Positions 53,595-64,000 of a stretch of DNA of 64,000 nt are shown one piece after another (position 1 is the first letter of the stretch; every line of letters begins with the position of its first letter). The position numbers and the translations under genes were made by a program. Under the pieces are notes generated by a model that searched no databases, was not told the origin of the DNA, and worked only from the letters and a program-made list of their open reading frames with translations. This DNA is from Ruditapes philippinarum (Eukaryota), in assembly GCF_026571515.1 (NCBI RefSeq), contig NW_026855673.1:1-64000 (forward strand). Reading direction: 5' to 3'.

Positions 53595-54029
53595 GTAGAT
53601 GAATACGTCTGAAGTAACTTTGAGTTGAGCGACTTATAATGTGTCACCCATGTTGGAATACTTAACACTTTCAAAAGACTTATTTGGAACCTATTCATAT
53701 AAATCGATTTATTTAGGGAAGTGTACATAAACACATGTTCAGTATTGTCACATATATCAGTTGACATGCATATAAAACAAAAATGCAACAACAAAAATTA
53801 TAAAATTAATTATTATGCATAATGTTACCCTGGGATTGTCCTTTAAGTTAACAGTTGATTTCCAATGGGGTCCAATCACTGCAATATTAATACAATAAAT
53901 TATAAATGAAATTAAAAACATCACATCGAAGGTATAAACTCCAGTCTTTCGTGTTGTGTTTTTTTTTGTTTAGTTTAGTTTATACAAATTTATTTTAGTT
54001 CGGTTGTGTTGGAAGCTATAATCTTATTT

Positions 54030-54178
54030 AAACACTCTCGAATCCGTTCCTGGAACTAACCAGTACCAAGCAATGATTGTACAGTTTCTTGCTCAAGGAA
54101 ACAACGGCTTACCCCTGACAGATTTTGAACCCGCGCGGTCAGCGATCCTTAGATTTCTAGTCCGGCATGTTAACCATG
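54030..54178 (-). mobile_element. CORE-type SINE fragment (second remnant at about 55515-55592, +)
   Basis: gtttcttgctcaaggaaacaac resembles the reverse CORE domain, followed by tttgaacccgc (reverse B-box). Confidence 0.5.
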
Positions 54179-55284
54179 TCTGTGTTTGTATTAGCTTGTA
54201 CGTACCAAGAACTCTATAAGGTATCGTACTAGTTTCACGCTGTTATAACCCGTGAAATCTAGTCCAAGCCAAAATATCTTTAAAGATAGGCTTGCGACAG
54301 CACTTTCTAGTCACCCCTTAGTATGTTTTATAAATCTTGCACTCTTTTATCTGTATTATTATTTATCTTTTTAACTTAGCATTTAACTCCCTCGTACACA
54401 GTTTTCCGAACAAACGAATTATATTTAGTATCGATTTTGCGGAAGTAATCATCTTTTTTTAAATGTACCAGATTTAATTTTGTTGTTGTTGGTTTTCAAT
54501 GATGAAAACTTTGCATAGCGAAATGAAAACATTTTTTACATGCTTAGCCAAACTTTTAGTGTCACGTGTTGCACGTGCTGTACGTTTATATATATTTATG
54601 TTTTTGCCTGAAAAAAGAAACAATCCAACATGCCCATAACACTTTCACTTTGCTACTGTGCTCGCTCGACGATTGGAACCAGCTTTGTCAATATGTTTTA
54701 TGACGGCAAATAAATAAATTTTGATAAAATTTGTTTGAGACATAATTTGCGTGTGTCCCAAAATTGTCCGAGAACGTATACAAAAGTAGATTTTTGGTTT
54801 GTTCCTTTATTGAATTTGATCTTTTTTCCAAATACACGTATATATGCCACACTTCTCGTGGGAAAAATAGGAGACCGTTGGTCAAATTGCGCACTTCTTT
54901 TAAATTTCACAACCAAATAGGTGAAATTTTCAAACTGATTGACTTTGTTTATGAGTAGCAATTAAAGATTGCTTTATACCAGCAGCAACGCCCTCTCAAA
55001 CCTCCAACAACAGATGAAGCAGTATTCTTTAAGGTAAGACATGTGAGTGTTCAATAAGATTAATCAGTAAATATTAGAGCTTAAAACATTTAAGTTTGAA
55101 ATTCGGGCTCACTCACATAAGAAGTCTCGCATATAAATATTTGTGATTACATATAACTTAAAAAAAATCTAGCCTGTTTCATAACTCTAATAATTTTTTA
55201 TTAATTTATAAACTGCTCTGCTCATAGCTATGTAAATTGCTATTGAATGTGCATATTATGCAGATGTTTCAATATCAATATAAA

Positions 55285-55404
55285 TTAATTGATTAATTTT
55301 TAGCGGAAGAAGTTGCTCGCGTAGTCGGTGTAATTATAATTTATTATAATTATAATTAATTGATTAATTTTTAGCGGAAGAAGCTGCTCGCGTAGTCGGT
55401 GTAA
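55285..55404. repeat. Local tandem duplication of about 50 bp (taattgattaatttttagcggaagaag..gtagtcggtgtaa)
   Basis: Two near-identical copies. Confidence 0.8.
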
Positions 55405-56184
55405 AAAGTTCATCAGAGCTTATGTTTATTGTTGATGTTTCCGACTTATAAATAAAATTTACTTGACTTGACTTGACATGCGTATATAATACCATTAAAA
55501 GCATATGTCAGTGGCAAGTTGTTGTTCCCTACAGCAAGAAACAAAAACTTTTGAAACACTCAGTGCTTAGTATTGGTTTGTTCCAGGAACGAATGTTATA
55601 TTGAAAACGAATGTCAGCCGAGTATATGTATGTCTTTGAAACATGTTCCAGAGAAGTCTAATTAAGCTATAGTGATAACATTTATGTAGATGGGTACTAA
55701 ACATTTTTTTTTCATTTTCGTTTCGAATGAAAAGAGTTACGTTTTGGATGACAAAATTTGACTAATTTGTCTTCCAATTTTAAAAATGATGTACCTTTCG
55801 TTTGAATCACTGTAAAAATGTTATGTTTCAGAATTGACCTGGGCTGTATTTGTCAATGATAGCATTCTATTAATAAAAATAATGATTCATCAGGAGTTTG
55901 CATACATCTTCCCCCTTTAATTGAATCATTTTAAGTGACGATTATAGCATGGATTATTCATTTATGGCACCATGTATAAATATTGTTCTACTTAATTGGT
56001 GGTGATTTCAGAAATTGTTTCAAAGTCAATATAATTGTCTCGGTATGTTTGTACAATTTTAGGTCTGATAGTACATTGTTTAAAAAATAAAGCATTAAAA
56101 TACATCACAGTCTATACAAAATTTTGAATTTAAAAAAAATAAAAATTAAAGTAAGTTTATGACAGTATTCATAATCATCTGTTT

Positions 56185-56470
56185 GTTCTATAAGTTAGGT
56201 TGGAGTCCCCTGGAAAATAGGAGAATTTATGCCAGACTCCTAATGTTTTACAAGATTATCGGATTGGTTACTGTGCCAATACCCCATCACATTCAGCTCT
56301 CTCCGTCGCACCCGACACTCACATCCTCTTTCTTTCGGGCATATCCTCACTGTATGTAACTACTATATAAATATACCAGCAACAATAGTCCTCTGACTCA
56401 CTGCAATTTGAACTTGTGCAGGTTCTTACCATGGATCAATTTAAACAAGGAGTGACCACTCTTCCCCACC
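56185..56470 (+). mobile_element. Decayed 3' fragment of a non-LTR retrotransposon ORF2
   Basis: LGWSPLENRRIYARLLMFYKII..LV matches the LxWxxLxxRR...L..FYKI pattern found C-terminal to LINE reverse transcriptases. Confidence 0.55.
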
Positions 56471-57318
56471 GTGCTTAAAATGAAAATATATTTGTTTTAG
56501 CTGTATGCTTTCCCTTCATAACTAACACTATCAACTTTTTATTTCAACTCTCTTTAATTACATGTACGTAAAAATTACAGTATTACTTTTATAAATTCTT
56601 CTTTACATTACTTCTTTTAAACTCTGGCACAGACACGCAACTGCACATAATGCTTGAAAGAAGGTGTTGCATAGTTTTGATTAAAAATGACAATCTTATT
56701 CAGTAGCCTTATCCCAAAATACAAGTTCTAGTTTACTTTAAGCTATGACTTCCTTGACCCAGATGCAAGTTATTGCTGCTGGAAACATTTTCATTTCACC
56801 ATAAATAATGGAATAGCCTTATCGAAAATTAGATAATCATCCATTCTTTAACGTTGTGTGATTTAATCTTTACATTTTGAATCAATTACTAGTGTTAATT
56901 AATTATGCGAATATAATTTCTTTAAGGTGACGCATTTTCATTTCAAATCCGCATTGCCAATTTTGTTCACACCCGATTGGTCAAGGTCAAAGTACACCAA
57001 TATGGCGGCTACTAAATTTTTGTGACAGAAACAAAGGTGTAAAAGATGGGAACGCAAGTGAAAAATGTCGCTTTCCGAGAGTATTTTGTGTTTCGATGTC
57101 TAAAGCAAAATGTCAATAACCTTGTAAAGTTAATGAATGATAAGAAAAACTTTTGATTTTACTGTTATTTTTAGAAAAATTATCGCGTTACAGTGCAAAT
57201 CAACTGTCAAGAGTCATGTAGCCCAAAATTAGAATATTTGAAAGGATTTAGTTTGATTATGTCAGCACAGCTTTGTTATTGATTTATTTCTTATGTTACT
57301 TTATCTGTTTGTTGTTGA

Positions 57319-58071
<753 letters not shown>

Positions 58072-58608
58072 TGATAAAATAATAAGTTTTGTCTTTTATA
58101 AGTCACAAATGTTTCCTTAACCCCTAACTTGGTCAGATTTTATGTATTTTTCTTTATTGTATAATGTCAGCTTTATAGATTCTGTTCTTGATCTCTTTGG
58201 AGAAAGCTTTTTTTTAGAAAACAATATGGTGTTTATGGTACCAAGCTTTGTTTTATTTCTAACTTCATTCTCATAGCCTTTTCCCTTTCAATGATAGAAA
58301 AGTAAAATAGTTCCTTTATCAAAATTCTGCAACTAAGATTTACAGTCGAAACCAGTTTTGTATTACAAGAGTGGTTATTTTCAATAATGTGAGCTGTTGA
58401 CATTAAAAAAATCTGTTTTCCATGGAACTACTCAAGGCAACCAATCCACATGTTGTTATAAGTATTCCAAAAGGGTATGGATCGTGCTCTTAAATTACTG
58501 AGAAAAAAAGACAGGTCTGGGTTTTATTATTTCTAAAAATAGCAATATTAATTTACTAATCACTATTCATCTTTTAATTATTTAAATGTAGTTTACAGTC
58601 CCTATGAT

Positions 58609-59632
58609 CAGGGCTCGAGCTAGTGGGCGATTCGGGCAAAATAGTCGCCAAATTCCGTCTGACTTCGCCGACATCTTACATGAAAGCGAAGACGAAGTCG
58701 CCCGATTTTATTGATCCATTATTGAAAATTACCAACAATAACAATAACTGTGAATAACATGTTGTGTGTGTTTGCTTTGTTTACCCTCGCCGCCGGAAAA
58801 AGGGACTGTCATGCATCTCAATCAACGCGAAATGTCATTAATTCGTTTGTTTACCAACATGCCATAAAAGTCTAATTAACAGACGCTCGAGGAACAATTA
58901 GACTCCGCCCACGGCGAGATTACCAATACGTGCGAGAAACCAATCGTAATTCATGTTTTAATCGAGGCGACATTATTAAACCAATCATTAAATCGCTAAC
59001 ATACAACTACCTGTAACAATTATTTATGATGGACGGATCAAACGTCAATTAAATTTTCAGTATCGAATGATTGTCCGCTCGACATATAACTGTAACCGTA
59101 ATTTTAAATGAAAGTTATGATAACCTTTTTTGGCGACGAGTTAAATTTGATAAAATTGACGGCGTATTACACTGTATTTATTACAAATGTAGTTAAATTA
59201 AAGATCGTTTCTTTTGTTATCTACTTTCATTTTCTTTACAACATAAGTGAATATGAATATAATGTCCGGCGCAAGCTTTTTAATAGTAAATCAGAAGGGA
59301 ATAACTGTTAATCCACCCATGATTATGATCCATGATAGGAATCAACTATGGCTTTTTTATCTTCATTTAATGCAATGGTTGCATTACATGATACTCATTC
59401 TTATTATTACTTGTTTCAAACTACTTTTAAATTAAAATTGAATATTCTGTTGTAACACAAATCCAATTCATTTAATAAGATATGTACAGTGAGTCAACAT
59501 AATTGCGATAACATACAACAAACATCGATAAATGAATCTCCTCACTTCTCCCTAAAGTCTCCCCACTTCTCCCTAAAGCAGCTGGAGGGAGAAGTGACTT
59601 CTCCCTAAATTTTGAACCTAGCTTGAGCCCTG
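58609..59632. mobile_element. Non-autonomous hAT-like element with a 6-bp target-site duplication
   Basis: TIRs cagggctcgagctag / ctagcttgagccctg, with tatgat on both flanks (58603-58608, 59633-59638). Confidence 0.75.
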
Positions 59633-62600
59633 TATGATATTGATTGACAATATGTACTTTATCTCTTATAATGAGGGAACGGCTTGATGTTTTGGAAAGG
59701 TAAATTAGTTCTTTAAAAGTCTACTAAGTAATGTGGAATTACAATAAAGTTGTGATTTGTATGTTGTTATCCTGTAATGTGAAGATTTTATAAATTTTCA
59801 CATTTCTAACTACAATGGTTGTTGTTTATCTTTGCTTTAGGGTAACATATGTTGTTTAAAAAAAGGCTTAAAATCTGAGCAATACAAAGTGGAAAAACAA
59901 TGCATAAACTTGTGTGTCATGGGCGGCAAAATCAATTAAATATGTATTGCCAAGGTTGTTCCACAGCCTCCATGGACAAAGGAATTTTTTTAAAGTTTTC
60001 TTTATAAATATCATAAGGACAATTAAAATAGTGATTCCAGATAAAATGGAAATCAGATTTGCTGGCCTTAAAGTGTGTGAAGTATACGTCTTGGGAGATT
60101 GATTTATTCAACCAGACCATAAAACTGCCTGAACTTACGAATCCTGGAATATTTTATTCATACCTGACTGTATGAATGAATGTTGTGAAATGTTTTGGGA
60201 GAATTGTTTTTATTTATTTCTGTACACTGATAGTAGAAATTATAATTTATTATCATAATTTATGGTGGTTATTTTGAAGTTCAGATTTGAGGCTTTTAAA
60301 AAAGTTTTCTTTTTTGCATAATAATTATATAGTTAAATTATGATGTATACATAGGATTTATCTTTATTTGATGTATCTTTGATATTTATTATTGTAAACA
60401 CAAGGAATTGTACCCAAATTTTCTTCTAAAAATTTACTTATTATATATTATTATTCCTTCATTCTTCTCATGTATTATATAAACGCATCTGCATGTTAAA
60501 TTGCAGTTGCTATCTCAGACAATCTGCCAATCTGATCTTACAGTGAGGCAATTTTCTTCAAGTTATTGTTTGATCTTTATTTGATTATACACTAAAATAG
60601 CTAAGCATCACTTAATTGTTTCATGAAAATGGCTCTGTTTTAATGTATTAGAATTTTTGTTGGTAATATCATTATTGTGTTACTTTTTGAATGATGAACA
60701 GAATTAAGTTTCATTGATCAGTGAGTCAGTGTACTGTTAACTTTATAAACTGACCATTCTGATGGTCAAGGGTTTTAGAGTGCTGCATCTGAAATTCTGA
60801 ATCCAGTGATCATGGGTTCTAGCTTACAATGTAAATTATGTATCTGGGATCAAAGCTTGGTTTCATTTAGATTATTTTGTTAACATACCTCAACCTGATT
60901 GAGTTTTGGATTCATAGTCCAATAGTGAAGGTTGTTGACTTCAAACCACTTGCCCCTCACTGCTGTACATGTAGGTTCAAATCTTGCCAGGCCCAAGGGA
61001 CTTTGGACTTTTCATGAGAAGTTATTATCTGACAGCTAGCTTACAGAATGCTGGTGGTTCTTCTCAGGTGCCTGTTAGTGGCTAAAATAATGCACCTTAG
61101 GTTTCCCTCCTCCAGTAAAGCTGAAAATCACCATAATTATGACTCTTAAAATGACCTCTACTGTGTTGGTGCAACGTAAAACCCCTTACCAAAAAAAATG
61201 TTTAGATTCAAGAATGAGACAGAATACATGCTTAACTTTCTTTGTATTCAATCTAAAATTTATGTGTAAACTAAGTTAATTGAAAAAAAAAGAGCTATCT
61301 TAAGCAAAAAAATAATAGAATAATCAATTATAGAGTGCATCCCGCAGTAAATAGTTTCATCGAAGTTCATTCAGCAGATTAAACTGACAGGTACATGGTA
61401 CAGCACTTGGAGGTTTTTTTCTCTCTCTCAAAAATTGTAATCAGCTATGGTGTCTGTAATGAGGCGGTTGATTGACAGGTGAACCTGCCTACAAGTGAAG
61501 TTCACTGAGCTGCTATAACCCATTTCACTTTTATCTAGGATTAGGTACACATTATTCTCTTAATCTTTTGTACTAATGCTACGTGTTCACCTCATTTGCT
61601 CTGTACTATTATAGTAGATTGTATTATATTTTTTGGTGGGAGTATTATTACATATTTTTAACAAGGGAAAGCTGCTATGGGAGAGTTTAGTTCTATTTTA
61701 AAGTAGTGTCATCCATATGCCATTGAAACACTTAGAAAATAACAAGTGATCAATTTGCTATCTGAAAACTCCTCAAGTCAGCTTCTTAGTAATGTTGTAT
61801 TTCGTAATATATCATCATACATGTACATGTATGTCACGATGGTTACATTAGATTCTTTGTTTTTATCAATATTTTCACCTTTATCAAATTTCATTATATT
61901 TCTACCATTTCTACCAGTACTATGATTATGTACATGTACTGAAATAAAGGTTGAACATTTTATCATGGTATCAATTATCGTCACTTTCAGTCTTCCAAAA
62001 TTAGCGCCAGTCACTTTCAATCTTCCAAAATTAGCGCCAGTCCGCGGCCCAATGCCACTAAATCATTTAAATCTACAATGTAGTGACTTTATTAATCTAT
62101 GTCACTGACCTCTGAATCCCTTTTTATTCACCACAACAGGTTTAAATCTTTCCCATTTGAAGTGGGAAGTTGAATTGTTTTAAATTCAATTGAGGAAACT
62201 ATAGATCCACTGTGGCAAGTGGACGGTTGGTGGGTAAGTTCTACTATGATGCCAAAACCTGTGAGGCTGTGCATCAATGAATATTAATTGGACATCTAGG
62301 GTAATAAGTGGTCATTTAAACTGAACAGTGTCAGTGTAGTTAAAGCCCTATTACAAAGACTATTTTCTAAGAGTGTCATCTGCATGCAAGAAACCAAAAG
62401 AAAACAGTTAAAAGTCTTTTTACATTAAAATGTCCAGAACTTTTTATTAATGTCCAAATATTATTGTTACCGGTATGTTTTGTCAATCCATTTTATGGTA
62501 TATTTGGGTTAGTAAAATAAGGTTTTAAGTATACATGTACAATGCAGACTGTACAATATTTATTTAATTGTTTTAGGGAATGTAATAATAGTTGTAAAAT

Positions 62601-64000
62601 GAATAGATGGAATTGTTTTGGTTAGATGACCTGTTATTAGTACATACATTTGTATTAATCTCGATTTTTTATTCACATTAATATTCATACATATTTAATA
62701 CAATAGGAGATATGTATGAAGTTATGCTAATGACTTGTTAAAATTATGCATCTGTCTTCAATTTATGCTTAAATAATGAGCATAACATATTGCCAACAAA
62801 TAAAAAGTGTACCTTTTTAGGGCCTGCGGTTTTAGCCATTATGATGCTGTGGTTTAGTGGGGGTTTTAATAAGCATATTAATTGACTGGAAATATTAGGT
62901 TTATAAGTGATTTAAAGGCTCTATACTCACCAATAGAAGATGTCAGGACTTGTATATAATTATGTACTTTTAGTGGTATTTTCGTGCAATATTTAATCGC
63001 TTAAATTGATATTGATAAATTTGTACCCCTTGTACATTAAGTGCAGTTTAAACATCTGTTGATCAAAGTATCAAAATGCAATGAATGTAGTCTAGCTCTA
63101 TACTTTCAAAAGTCTTAATTTCTTAAAGTACATCCATATATACAAATTATGCACATGCACTTTGTACAAATATTAAATGTCCATGGTTGAGTGTTAAATC
63201 CATATCCAGGTGGAACCTAAAAGGTTTACCCTTTGTCACTAGTATAGAGATAGGCCCGAGTCAGGCTAGCTTGCACATGTGATCAGTTTGACCAGGTTCA
63301 ATGCTGTTGGCTGACTAACTTCAAACTTTCATCTTGACATTGAAACAATTCCCAAAATTAATTATGGAAAGCCAAAAGGTTCAAAATGTATAGAAGCTGG
63401 AAATGTCGATTTAACCTGCCTAAATTTTGTAAATGAATTTAGCCCTTCTTTGAATTTGAAACAGTCCATTCAAAGATAAAGGGATTTCAAGCAGCCAACA
63501 GTAAAGAAGTTGATCAGACTGCATGAGCTACATCCATGGTTGAGTGGTTTGTATCTCCTTTCTCCTAAACACTCTTGGTGGGAATCCCACAAGAAAACGT
63601 GATATCTATACAACTATCTGGCTGGCTTTTGGACGGTTGATTGTTGGTTCGGGCACCCTAGTGCTAGTGTCTGAAATGATACAAAAATGCGCTCTTTGAG
63701 TTGCCATTTATACTCAACAGTTACACACATATGCCTTTACAAGTAAAGCAATGTCATTTTGACCCAACTTTATACCCTTTAAAAATATTGAACATATATT
63801 ATATTCATAATTGTTTGAGAATCTTTTGATTTTAAGTGAGCAATAACTGCCAAATTAAATTTTCTCAAGCCAAAATAATAATATTTTAGCAAATGGGTAA
63901 ATTGGCCAAATGCAGAGAGAGCACTGGCTGTCGTCTGCATTACCAATATTACTCCAAAACAAAAATTTTAGTTTCATGGCTTGGATAGTCAACATTATGA

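Overview
This is AT-rich eukaryotic genomic DNA with GT-AG introns. The repeat landscape (Helentron-type elements carrying satellites, tRNA-derived SINEs) suggests a mollusc, probably a bivalve; that assignment is inference. Seven protein-coding genes were reconstructed by hand, checking exon phase: (1) a secreted 297-aa protein with a predicted papain-like Cys/His fold and bacterial-style motifs (+, 4920-10035); (2) an atypical, short cytochrome P450 (-, 10296-15700); (3) head-to-head with it, an intronless 401-aa class I SAM-dependent transferase whose motifs I recall from bacterial Nat/isonocardicin synthase, a 3-amino-3-carboxypropyl transferase (+, 16271-17476), followed by a decayed partial copy; (4) a flavin-containing monooxygenase (-, 20293-24085); (5) a 12-exon CYP4 (-, 29738-40772); (6) MRPL49 (-); (7) the first coding exon of a mixed-lineage kinase (+). 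The main lead is the run CYP <- -> Nat-like transferase -> <- FMO <- CYP4. It looks like a candidate animal biosynthetic gene cluster built around a possibly horizontally acquired SAM enzyme. The rest is introns, non-autonomous transposons, SINE fragments and minisatellites.
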